Origin: Tubulanus polymorphus
Taxonomy: Eukaryota > Animalia > Nemertea
NCBI RefSeq assembly: GCF_964204645.1
Contig: NC_134031.1
Coordinates: forward strand, 17,861,810-17,925,809
Direction: 5' to 3'
DNA: 64,000 bases
Positions 1-12,449 of the stretch are shown here, piece after piece. The position numbers and the translations under genes are program-made. Position 1 is the first letter of the stretch. Every line of letters starts with the position of its first letter. Below the pieces are notes generated by a model, which saw only the letters and a list, made by a program, of their open reading frames with translations, was not told where the DNA came from and made no database searches.

Positions 1-1517
1 TCTTGATTCATTGATTGTATTTCATACATCAGTTGTACGTAGTATCGAATCTCTGTGACACGAGATGAGAAACACCTGTCGTCTCACCGATATCGATCTT
101 CACATTTGACAGATGAGAATTAGCCGACCCAACTTAAACATATGTTGCGCGATTATGTGTCTTTTGTAGCATGAAATTTGATTCCGAGTGAAATGATATG
201 GTGAATGAGTGAAATGTATTGCTGTTCCTTACAACTTCATAAATCGGTGTGAATGATTTTAAACTTACAACTCATTTACTTAATACAATCGAAAGGCATA
301 ATTTACCCACCAAATTCACCACCTTGTTTATTTCGAATGTTCAAACTTACCTTTGAATTAGTTTTAATTGAAAGTAGCCTATATAAAGATAGATTGGGGT
401 TATACGCCTATTCGCTTAATCAATCATATTTTTTAGAAAAATATTTTCTTGTCGTTTGAATAAATGTCAGGGGTTTCATACTCGTGTCCTTCGATTTATA
501 GGCTGAAAGAAAAGAAAAAAAACCAATGGGAACTCAGCCAGATATCATGTGCTGGGATATAACATTTTCCAGTTATTTTGGGATATAGGCCTAACTTGTG
601 CGCAGTAGATGAATGAACTATTGCTGAAATTCTTGTTCACAAGCCAGTCTTTTCATGTATTTTATACATAACCTGCGTGAGAACATGAAAAGAAAATGAC
701 CTTGTTTTCTATAGGTGTGTGGAGGTGTGCCAGAAAACCGTTCTCTGATAGGTCACACAGTCTGGGGGCTTGTTTTCTGATATTTTCAGTTATAAAAGCT
801 ATTCATTCAATGTTCCATTCAAATATACCGTATTTTGACATTTTCGCTTTGGCAGTTTGACAAGTGTCGACTAATCTAGTCTATAGGTGTATAATAAGTT
901 AGAATTTTGAATGTTCTAATGTATATCCGTCAGACGGTTTCAATAATTTATATGTCTCACTTTTTCTGAAAGAAAATTCTATGGTTCACTTTGATGCAAG
1001 GTTAAAAGGCAGGTCTTATCGGGCATTGAGTAGGTTTCGATTTTAGAGAAATCGTTGTTCACTTCGATATTCGAGAAAATCGAAGCATTTTAGTTTTTCG
1101 AAAAAATGTTGCCTCAAAATCCCCCCCAAAAAAATTCAGAATTGGTTAGCCCTACTATCCGGTTCTGTAGACATGTCAGCCTGCACGATGCCCCTGTCGG
1201 ATGTTATCATAAAATCATGGAAAACCCAGTGATTTTCCCGGATAGCCCGGATAAAGTGTTTTCATCTCTAACCTTCTCTTGTCCTTCAGCATCCTCTAAA
1301 ATTATCATTTATTCTGTGCGCATGCTTTTTCGCTGATTCCGATTGGTCATTAGCGTTTACGTCATTGCCAGCTTAGAAAGAGAAAACTGGTTTATGAATC
1401 TATACAAACGAATGCTTCGGCGCAAATACCTGTAAACACTGTAAACAGTTCGGATATTTATAAACGTTCTGCTGCGCGAATTTGATAATTTATTGGGTAA
1501 TCGTTTAAGTCGGAAAG

Positions 1518-4500
1518 ATGCAAGAAAAGAAGGCAAGTGATAAAATACTCGTAACGGTGTTTAGTAATAAATATGAGAGAAAAAGTGAAGGCATGGAATT
1601 TTCGGGTTATTTGGTTCGCGTTTAGTAATGTTCATCCTTTTACACGAAATAGACAAGATTTCGATATCAATCATTAATGCATGAATTTCATGTTTCCAAT
1701 CATCAGAGGATTCATTCTAAAGGGTATTACCACTGGCAATGAATGAGGTTCGAGAATAGCAATTTGAAACATTTTTTAAAATTTTTTAAAAGCGAGAAAT
1801 GATAAGTTATTGAAATCAGTTAATTATTCTCCTGAAAATATGTTTTTTAACGTTTATAGGCCTATCTCAGTAAACATTAGAGACAGTTGGCGGCCTTTTG
1901 AGTCGGAAAGAAAAATGTATTGGTTCTAACAATCAATCACCTCCGATCAAGTGTGAATTTATTTTCAACCCAAAGTTCACAGTGAGTAAAAAAAAAGAGA
2001 AACTTTATCCTCAAAAGCAGAAGATGAACTTTAGAGCGTATACTCCTGTGAACTTTTCAAGGTTTATGTCAGTAATGAGATCTGTTGACCGAGCTACGAC
2101 CCTGTAAACGTTTAAACTCGTAAAAACAAGGCAGTTATTGAGTCTTCCTGACCTTTTTTTAAATGGCATATGCGTTGTTTCTTTATGTTTCAGAACCTGA
2201 CGCGATGTTTGGTTCAGTGTACTTTTGCTGTCACGTTTGGATCGTCGTTACTGTTCGGCTACAATACGGCTGTGCTGAACACCCCAGCTGAGGTTCGTAC
2301 GTTGTCAACAGCTGTTTATGTTTCAATTTTGATAAACCGTCCATGTGAACGGTCTATGTGATCCGTTAACCCATTTCAGAGTGCACTGATACAACATGGC
2401 AACATCTGAAATTATGATTAGTTAGTTTATGTTCCTCGTGATATGAAAATGGAATTACTGGTGACCCAATAACAATTCTATGAAAACAAACATTGTATTC
2501 TGTGTACATGCCCTGCCATAATAAATCTATTGATGAATTCTGCGTATATCCCCGTTATAACAAATAATGTATTCTGCGTATATGCCCCACATTATCAAAA
2601 CTAAAAGCAACAGCTTTAATCATAGTAAAAATACATCTACATTTCAGACGATTCTTCGGTTTTATAATCAAACCTACGCGCAAAGATGGGGGGTGGCTCC
2701 GAATCCGAATCTACTCGAGCTGCTGTGGTCAGTGTCCGTCGCGGTGTACGTCGGCATCGGTCTGATCGGAGCGTTCTGTTCCGGTTTTGTCGCCGATAAA
2801 GTTGGAAGGTAAGGGAGGTCTGAAACCGAGGAGTGATTACCAGAGCGCAAAATACGATTCTGTTTTGAATAGGGGTCGATTTGAATAATGTGGGACTTTT
2901 TCCGGTCACTGTCTTCTACATCTGGTCATTCAAACTCTAGCACAGTGTTCCCACGACTCATTGATTCCTTAAAAACTCCTTTTAACAGATGCTTTCAAAT
3001 GTGCTTGAAAACTACACAAAACGCCCAAGACTTCTTCAATTCTGAGAAATGGGCAATTTGAAATTTACGGTAGACTGACGACTAATCGGCACATTTGGAA
3101 CTAGAATGTTTTTACCCCAATTTTACCCATTTTCGGAATTAGAATCCGAGTTTAGTAGTGTACAGTAAAGGATGAATTAATGGTTTAGCAAATAGACAGC
3201 ACTGTAATTGGAAAATGGTGCAGAAGCTTCCTCTAAATATTCTCCTTAAAAACTCATCAAGAAATGACTGATCTGTAGGGACCGTGCAGCATCTTTTGTA
3301 ATATCATATCCTCAAGCTAGATCGCTTTTATTATTCTTCTAGGAAAAGAGGTCTAATCCTGAATCACATCATTATGTTCGTCGGTGCTTTATTGGAAGGG
3401 TTAACGAAAGTAGGTCATGCGCCTGAATTATTAATAGTCGGTCGAATGTTTGTGGGCTTTAATTGCGGTAAGTGTTGACAATAACTTGACCCTTGTGCGT
3501 ACTATAAGTGTAATAAATAATCAATATTATTGAATAGTTGTAAGCGTAGTAACCTAGATAGCAAGTAAACAAACGTAAATAGTGTCCAGTCTACTACTCA
3601 TTGTCCACTACACGTTTTTATGCTTTTAGTGTCTACTAGAAATATCTAGTTCAATTTTGAGGTCGAAAAGTCGATTTCAATTTACCTGTGGCTTTTTTGT
3701 CATTCATAATCAAATAAATAGCTCTTGGTGTCAACATGTTTTTTTATGTCTGGCGGTCTTCAACGATCCCCACAAATAGCCTACTTTTTATTGAAATACA
3801 TAAATTCATTTGAATACCCAGCGATGAATGAATGTCTTTTTCAGTCTACCTTCTATACTGCTTTTTTCTATGAAAATGAATGAAAGTTCATTTGGTTTTT
3901 TACGCCGTTTTTTTACAGGATTAACCGCTGGCCTGGCTTCCCTTTATTTGGCCGAAATTGCTCCACAGAAATTACGAGGAGCTATTGCCTCCTGTCATCA
4001 GCTTTTATGTACGATCGGCATCCTGTTAGCTCAAGTACTAGGAATTGAAGAGTTATTGGGTGAGAATTTGAAAATGATTTGGATAGAAAAATTTACCAAT
4101 TCTTTCGGGAAGAAGAAAATGTATTCTATACATGGGCTGTTTTTTTTAGGTAATGAAAAACTGTGGCCGTTGTTGTTAGCTTTCACGGGATTTCCCGCAT
4201 TGATAGCTGTATTCTTGCTTCCATTCTGCCCGGAGAGTCCACGATTTTTACTTCTAAAAAAACACAACGAAGAAGATGCGAGAGATGGTAGGCTGTGTTT
4301 GTAATGGAATGAATTATCTAATGAAAAAAAATCAAGCTATAATTGGTCTATTCATATCTCTTTTATTATTCTTCCAGCCCTGAGAAGGTTGAGAAACTCC
4401 ACAGATATAAATAACGAAATCGAAGAAATGAAACAAGAGGCGAAAGAAGCGCAAGCGTCGGGCACTTTTACTTGTTGTCAGATATTTCAGCAGCGGGATC

Positions 4501-5900
4501 TGCGAATGCCTCTGCTGATTGCAGTCGTGCTGCAAGTAGCGCAGCAATGGTCGGGAATTAACGCCGTAAGTACGATTTTAACAATTTCATATTATCAGTA
4601 CCCTCTAATTCCGTGAAATAGAATCGTTCATTTTCGTTTCGTCGTAGGTGTTCTTCTACTCCGAGGTCATATTCAAAGATGCCGGCCTTACAGTGGAAGC
4701 AGTGCAATACGCGATCCTGGGAACGGGTATCATTAACGTTTTAACAACTGTGGTCGCTGTACGTATTACAACAAAGTATTTGTATTGTGTGTCCGTTGAT
4801 GAAAATTTACAATGTGTTTTAAGCACAGCTTGTTATTAAGCAAATAATACTACCGTTTCATTTCGACCTTGGCCCAGTTTCACAAAAAAACTCACATTTT
4901 TTGTGTGATCGTTATTGGTCACCTCATGTTTTCAGTGAGGACAACAATTTATACTGAACTGTTTTTGTATTTTTCTCTCATGTAGCTCCCTCTCGTTGAG
5001 AAACTCGGACGACGTATGCTGTTGATCGGCCCAATGATAATGATGGCGATTTCTTTAGTAATTCTAATCATCTCCATCAATTTACAGGTAAAAACACATT
5101 TCAGCCCTTCAATAAGCGACGTTTCTCTGAGTTATATCTGATATTTCGAACCATAGTTTCTGCATTATTTAATATATCTAATCATTTGCTCTATTTTTTC
5201 ATTTTTACGCAGGCACAAGCGACTTGGTTGTCGTATTTGAGTATAGTTTGTATACTGGTCTATGTGATCGGATTTGCCGTCGGGCTCGGACCTCTGCCAG
5301 GTTTCGTCGTGGCCGAATTGTTCCGGCAAGAACCTCGACCTGTGGCGATGAGTATAGCGCAGTGCATCAACTGGTCGTGTAATTTCATTCTTGCTCTATG
5401 CTTTAGATTTGTTCAGGTAAATACATTCACCATTCACTCGAGAGACAAAAATGTTATTCAGAGTCCCTACAACTCCTTAAAATCTCCTCGTCTTCAGAAT
5501 GGAAAATGCTTGGAACTCCTTTAATTTGACCAATTTGCCAAAAACTCCTTTAAATCTCCTTATAAACTCTTTATATCCTGGATCTGTAGGGAGGGACCCT
5601 GTAATTAAAAAATTTGACATCTCTATGATGGTTTTAATCGATCTATTTTAGGCTCGATGCAAAGAATACACGTTCATCATTTTCATCATGATCATTATCG
5701 GTAGCGTGACATTCATTTTCTTCTTCGTGCCGGAAACGAAAAATCGGTCGTTCGACGAAATCGCGCACGAGATCGGAAAACCGCTCGGACATCGCTACAA
5801 GCAGCGAATAGCGAAAGACGATCCTGAGAACAACGCGACGAACGTCGATTCGCATGTGATGCTACTAAAAAATCGCTCGGGCAAAGAATGCAAAGTGTGA
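1518..5900 (+). CDS. Facilitated hexose transporter, SLC2A/GLUT family (MFS sugar porter), ~516 aa, 11 coding exons
   Basis: GT-AG exons in consistent phase: 1518-1550, 2194-2292, 2648-2808, 3343-3467, 3919-4059, 4150-4287, 4378-4565, 4648-4758, 4986-5087, 5213-5416, 5652-5900. Sugar-porter motifs FGYNTAVLN, DKVGRK, YLAEIAPQKLRG, PESPRFL, QQWSGINAVFFY, VEKLGRR, VPETKNRSFDEI. Exon 1 is the least certain. Confidence 0.93.
2943..3286. mobile_element. Non-autonomous DNA transposon family A (TIR consensus CAGGGTCCCTAC), copy in GLUT intron
   Basis: Begins CAGTGTTCCCAC and ends GATCTGTAGGGACCGTG. Internal AAAACTCCTT motifs are shared with copies at 5459-5601, ~21090-21264, ~22920-23335 and 56382-56686. 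Flanks TAGCA/CAGCA. Confidence 0.7.
5459..5601. mobile_element. Family A MITE, internally deleted copy
   Basis: CAGAGTCCCTAC ... GGGACCCTG ends; flanks TTATT/TAATT. Confidence 0.65.
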
Positions 5901-8533
5901 TCAACTATTCGTGGACTGATAGATACACGACGCTGGCTTTCATAGAAAAAGATGTTTGTTAGAATTGCTGCATTCAGCAAACACTCTAGAGCATATATCT
6001 GTTGTACTGTTTTATCTGTTAAAAAGTCCGACAGAATTACACAGAATGCGCATTACACCGTGGCAGTGCGAGTAATTTATAGTATGTCTGAACCACAGGT
6101 GTGAGATCAAATTTAGTGAGAGAAAGGGGCTATTATTTCTCTCATCTTGTGTATTATCTACACTAGTTGCCTGTGCTAGGTACATGTATATGTAACATGT
6201 TCGTCATGTGGATGACGTGTGTGAGAAAGTACGATTATGATTGGAAAGATTGTTGTTACGGGTTCGTTCCGAGTCGAGATGGATGCGCGCGCTCGTCTAC
6301 ATCCATCCGTTCTGAATATATTTGTGATTGTTGGGTTTTCGATGATATAAGATGCAGCGGGATATTGGAGAGATTTATCTGCGCTGCGCTGTTACGTAGC
6401 TAGATTATTGCTTTAAGATTACATGTGCTCGTTATAACTTATAAACTTGTGACGTGCATCTTGTCCATTGTGTTCAAGTAGATAGTAGCACTAACTGAGA
6501 AATCAACTCTTGTGAGATATTGATCAAATCAGTGATTCATTTCTTGACAAACACAAATACATTTTATTTACTTTTGTTTAATCATCATATACCACATTAA
6601 TAAGAACTACACATAATAGATTATGCTAATTAAATTGCTATCGGTCATAGGGTAATGATTGACATACAGTGTATTTGTTTTTCTAAGTTGTTCGTTTACT
6701 TAGGATTTACACTACGAGTCACTGAATCTTTCTGTAGTTGCTCAACATAGTCCTGAACTCACTTTCACAGTTACCTGGTATTTATAGATTAAACCTTGGG
6801 CCAGTCGTTCACATAATGTGATATATTACTTGGAAAATTTGTGATTAAGGTAACTTGGTGAAGTTGCGTGTTGCTTCCTCATTATTTCATTCATTTTAAG
6901 GTAATTTGAGTCTAAATTATGAAAAATTGAGTCTAAAATGAATATTCTATATTCTGAACAAGATGAACTCTCTCCCTCTCCTTCTCTGGGTTGAGTTATG
7001 CAGAAATGATCTCAAAATGAACGAAGCAACATCTGCAAAACAAATACTACAAAACGAACTTGGATAATTAGGATATTGAATCTACTTAAATCATTTAATA
7101 ACTTCATTATTTTATAGCCTTTCAACGGGCAGTGATCATGTTTTGTTGGTCATAGACTCTGAAATGATGTACGGAGTTTAAAAAAAGGTTATAAATCGTT
7201 CAGAACAGAGCCTGTGACTGCGTCAAGATCTCACTATTACTACGGTAGACTCGTCCAAGCTGGAATTGGTACATTTAATCCGCTGAGTTGACGGTGGATT
7301 CTTAAAAGTTTCAGAGTCCATGGTTCGACAATCTCTTTTAAGTGAAAGTTGTCGGGGAAAATGGGTAATTTATAAAGACAATCGGTAAAAAACATCATGG
7401 AACGTACCAGATTAAAGCGGGTCTACCTTGTATCACTGGTTTTTAGGTAAGAATTATTTTCACGTTAAAAGACACATCATTATCTGCTGTTTTTCACTTA
7501 CTCTAGTATTAACGATATTCTATATAGAAATTCTCAGGTTACTATTAATGTTTCCTGTAGCAGATTCTCACTTTTTAGATTCTCACTTGTACATGTTTGC
7601 ATAGATCTTTGAGTTGAAGGATTAAATCAACATTTCATTTCTCATTCCGCACACTCGTACAGAAAATCTCTTTTGACCCATTTTGATTACCGGATGCATA
7701 ATGATACCGTACTAATATTCTAAAAAAGTACTAAGAGATTTGGAATTTTGAGACGAACTGTTTACAAACTAGATTAGGAATCCAATGTAAGAATCTCAGT
7801 TATTGGAGCTGGCTGATCTTTCCATTTTAGTTTTAAAAATCTTGAATACTTTATATACGATGTATTGTCTTGTTTCTAAAATAAAATATATTTATTGTGC
7901 GGTTTGGTCAACTGTTGTTTTAGTATATTTGTAACAGACGTCTATGTTTGGTTCATCTAATGAACAACAATAACTGTGTGTTTAAGTGAACTAACTCATC
8001 TTTACATACAACTGGTTCAAACATCTCTTATGTATGTTGATGTAGAGGGTTTCCTAATAAAAAGAAGTACGATTAGAAATAAGCGTCTAGTTTGATGAAT
8101 TTGATTAATTTTCATGAAGGATTTTTTACTACAAGATCGGGGAGGTTTAGATTGAGTACTGCGGGCCATATATATCCCGGCGTGTTCATACTACCCTGAG
8201 TTAGACCAGTGACCTAGAATGAAATGCCTCCCCTTGTGCCCTATTACAGTAAATATCTGGATTAAGGGTCAGCAGCCCCACTTAATCTGCTAATCTATTG
8301 TTGGGGGTACGATTCTATGACACCGGTCCAAATGTACCTGGAATGGGCCAAATTTAAAAACTGACCCCATCAGAGTGTGCGTCATCTGATAAGTTATTGA
8401 GTTGGTGGAACATTGTGATATTTTGATATATCTGATGGACCTTTTTACTGTGGCTTCCGTATTTCCAAAGTCCGGATATATTTACCTTGTACAAGGGCAA
8501 GGACTCTTTCGGAGTTAAGCAGGCCACTTTATC

Positions 8534-8695
8534 CACAGGGACTTGTCACAATTGATAGTGAATGAATAAAACCAATATCAATGACCAGGTCCACTATCCC
8601 TGTATAATATAAAAACAGTTTTATTATACAGTTGCAGGGATACTGGTACCCCCATCATTGGTCTCATCCATTATCAGTCGTGACAAGTCCCTGTG
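8534..8695. mobile_element. 162-bp MITE with perfect 8-bp TSD (P- or hAT-like)
   Basis: TIR CACAGGGACTTGTCAC / GTGACAAGTCCCTGTG; identical flanks ACTTTATC at 8526-8533 and 8696-8703. Confidence 0.85.
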
Positions 8696-9359
8696 ACTTT
8701 ATCCTGCACAGGGCACCTTTTCATGGCCTCTGAATATTCAACAGATCCCCATGCAGCTATGCCCTACACTTGATGAAATGTCGTTAGACTGTAATTCTTG
8801 AAGGCAGAAATCTGTTTTGAAATTGTTCATTGACAGAATATAGACGGAAATACGATGAAAAGGACACTCTCTGGAGGAAAGGGAACTATTTCCAATAACC
8901 ACTGTATTTCGAAATAGACTGAACACAATCTGGATCCGCGCTTGTATACGTATGTATGGACTCACAAATGACTTTCAGTGATGTACACAGCTTTTTGATA
9001 TTCATGAATGACAGATGTGAAAGTGATTCGAATGACTCAAATCTTTAGTACACGTCCAAACAATATGTAACTAATTCTGTGGAAGAGAATAACGGAAATC
9101 CTTAACGAATTTCCTGGAAATATATTGAAAGACTCATTCTTTCTGAACCAGGTTTCTGAGCACTCATCAGTCTGATCAGCATTCTCTCTGTTTTGTTATC
9201 AAATTCCCACTAAATCATGTATGAACTGTCAGTTGGAAACTCATGCAAGTATATATTGAGGGTTTCAGCCGCTTTCGCAGAAACTCATATTCGTTGTATT
9301 GTGTTTTATGCAACGCGGAAGGAAATGCGACAGAATATATCTGGAGAATATGGAGCATA

Positions 9360-9570
9360 GTTACGTACGTCATTTTCTACATGCGCAGTGATATTTTTGG
9401 GCTACGTGATGTGATCATCGGATGTAAATACATATCACGTGGTTGGTACTACGTCACAGATCACTTGACACCTACGCAAACACGGGAGGTGTGTCAATAT
9501 TGTACGTTCGCTATTGGTTAATAAGTGGGTGTTGTCGGGTATGTGTGTGTGCGTGTGCGTATAGTCACGT
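9360..9570 (+). promoter_or_regulatory. ACGT-core motif cluster with inverted CCAAT; putative promoter of the YqcI/YcgG-like gene
   Basis: TTACGTACGTCA, TACGTG, TCACGTGG, TACGTCAC, GTCACGTT and ATTGG within ~200 bp. A donor-like GG/GTATGT at 9539 and an acceptor at 9908 suggest a non-coding first exon. Confidence 0.4.
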
Positions 9571-10020
9571 TGACATTATTATTTATGATGAAAATATATA
9601 ATATACATAATATGTACGGTGGGATTTTTTATTACAATAGCTTTAGATAGATTTTCAGAATACCCCTTCTTCCTCATTCGTATATAAATCCGTTAGGACT
9701 ATCGGAATTATCTATTAAGTAGATTCGATGACGTCCATCCGATGTGTTCCTCAGTTTTCCAGTCCGGGGAGAATTTCTTAAGATTCGCCATTCAACTGAT
9801 TAAATCGAGTTTTATAATCATACACTCTAGAGAAATGACCATAACGAAAGACGCCTTTTTCTTTCGTGTGAATTCGGATTCCGTTTTATCATTCATTTCT
9901 TTTTACAGGATCTCAAATAACATATCACTACGCAGGATTGAGTAGTTTTTATAATACGAAACTAGATGTCGCACGCGTCTGGGGAGGTGTCGCCTTCATG
10001 ACGACTGACTAGAGCACGTC

Positions 10021-11642
10021 ATGCATTCCAAATATCATTCGGGATTCCGATTGATTTGCGTAGTAGTGTTTCTCTACTATTCATTTTTATTAACATGGCA
10101 AGGATTAGTAGTTTTCATGTTCCTTTTAGGTACGTGTCCAAGCTTAAGACGGGTGGGGTGAGATCGTGGAGTCGGTATGCTCTGTCGGAATTTCGGCTGG
10201 GCCCTGTCTGTCATGTCAAATATAAATTCGAAATGAATATATTCATTATTTACAGCATCTGTATATATTTCCCGGACAGAAAGTACAAATACTCGAAAAG
10301 ACAAAAAGAATCCGTTACGTCAGAATATTACCGGCGAAGTTACTCTATTGGACGCCACGAGGCGGCGAATCGATGCGGAAATCGCCAGATTTGTGACATA
10401 CGATGGCAAATCTGCGAACAGTTTGTCGCGTTTTGACGAAATAAAATTCAACTCTGAATGCATTTTTGCAGCAAAAGCCCGACTTTGGGGCAGCTCTGAT
10501 TGGCTTTCAGAGTTACCGTTAGAAGAAAATATTCACAGGTAAATCTACGTACGACGCCGGATCAAGGCCGGTGGCCGCGCGGGAAATATGATTCACCTTC
10601 TTTCGCGTGACGTAGGCCTTTGTTAATTTGGTATATATATATATTTTTTTTCTTATTCAGATTATTGCCAACATTTTTGTTATTCGTACTAAGCTGTCCG
10701 GAGCTTGGTTTGGATGGATTTCTAGTTGAGTTACCCGGTTCTTACTGTTGCGATATCCAGGTATAGAAACAGTGTTTTTTTAAAACCACAGCTGGGCCTG
10801 GTGCAAAGTTCTTATGACCCCAAAAATGTTATGGTCAGGTCGCATTATGAATTTTTGGTAATATATATACTATTTGAGGGATCATTTACGCCTGTTTTGA
10901 TGAATTTAGCCAGTTTTGTATGGGAGTGAAGTAGAACTACAACACTCTTTCTGGGGCAACTATACCGACCTATAGGTTCTTTGGGAGAGGGGGATGAAAT
11001 GAACTTTGTTTAAGCAGTTGATATATTATATATCAACTGCATGTAGGCAGATTTAGAAATATGGTGGATCCTTATAGATTCTTATATTTGGTGGAAATTC
11101 TTATCAGTATAAAGTATGATCATGGGATGCTCTGCATCACGTTTGAACAAGATTATCATTTGTGTTGGTTTTCATATTGTTTTCAGATATTTTCGGACAC
11201 TGTACGACGTGTTTTGAAAGTGATGTCCGACGAGGACCCACGCGGAGTTCGCTGCATGGACAAATCCTACATCGGGGGTCGGGGTTGGGTTTTCGAGTTT
11301 AACAAAATGACATTTTTCGTGACGACATTTGCTCCGTTTTATCCGGAGACGCACTCGCGATATTCGTTCGGGTGTAGAGATCACGGGTACATCCTTTTTC
11401 AACCAGAACTGTCTTTTGCTCGCAAAGATCTGCCGACCTACACGCCTGTTACTAATTGGAATAATCCTCGCACCATCCGTGATCGTATTCGCGTGGCGTT
11501 CCGAGACGCCGGTCGTCCTTATCCGACACACGAGGTTCCCTTAGTGGAAGAAATAGTTAGACCTGTGGATTCTTGTGATCAGATTAAATGGTGGAATCAT
11601 TTTCCCCCTGACCAGTTCTCTGGCCTCTCAGACACTTATTGA
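10021..11642 (+). CDS. N-terminally membrane-anchored YqcI/YcgG-like protein (putative heme-thiolate guanidine/arginine N-hydroxylase fold), ~307 aa, 4 exons
   Basis: Exons 10021-10129, 10280-10538, 10661-10760, 11187-11642 join in frame. Hydrophobic N-terminus LICVVVFLYYSFLLTWQGLVVFMFLL, then ECIFA, WVFEFNKMTFFVTTFAPFY-x4-SRY, ILFQPELSF and IRDRIR, in the order remembered for YqcI/YcgG proteins. Gene model is solid; family call is moderate. Confidence 0.7.
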
Positions 11643-11936
11643 CACCGGGTCAATCATATAGTTTTTTTATTGTAGCCTATACATTTTTATCATAATCTTG
11701 AATAAATAAGATGGAAAAACGAAATACAGCGCGAGCACTTCCTTTTTATCTCCTCGTGAATCTGGACCGCGTAGGCCAACCGCAGTTAACAAAAAGATAA
11801 ATATTGGTAATGTTCAGCTGATTCGATCATGTTTTATCTCACCAGGTATCTGAAGCGTTACGCATAATATTGTGTTAAAAATTATGGTCCATTTAATTAG
11901 TGAACAGTCTTTTACTGAGTAATTTTCTAAAGGCCA

Positions 11937-12138
11937 CAACGGCATAATGCGACATCGGGTCATATATTGACCGTTAAGTGCTGCCCCATGATTTGTCATT
12001 AGCGGCGAACATGTGAACTCACAATATTCTTACTGCGGCGCGCGAGTAATATCCTAGTTCGTGTATTCGCCGTCAACGTTATGTATAGGGGCAGCACTTG
12101 ACGGTTGATATGGTGCAAGATTCGACGTTACGCCGTTG
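11937..12138 (+). ncRNA. Candidate structured RNA / long rod-like hairpin upstream of Ro60
   Basis: Three co-axial stems: 11937-11949/12126-12138, 11964-11987/12088-12111, 12002-12019/12056-12073. Non-Watson-Crick positions are 8 G.U versus 2 A.C on the + strand. Confidence 0.45.
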
Positions 12139-12449
12139 ATACGATAGTTCCAGCAGTTGCGTAACGTTTGGTAACGCTGTAGTTTGTTGACCAGTTGACA
12201 AACCACACGTAAGTGTAGAACTTGAAGTGACGAAAAATTTGTTGCAAGATTAGTGGGAAGGCCTCTCTGAGTCTCTCTATCTTATCTAACGATTTTGTGA
12301 GGCTAACGCCAACGTTGGTTAACACCACGGAATTGACATTTAGATTTAGATAATGTAAGTTTTGTCACTTTAAAACAGCCAGAGTTGATGTAACTGACAA
12401 TTTTCTTTCTTATATTTCACTTTTGTCTTATCTGAAGTCAATCGTGAAT

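Noticed and set aside
10130-10174. In-frame TGA suggesting selenocysteine or readthrough in the YqcI-like gene
   Set aside because: The segment lies inside intron 1; the donor at 10130 joins 10280 in frame without it.
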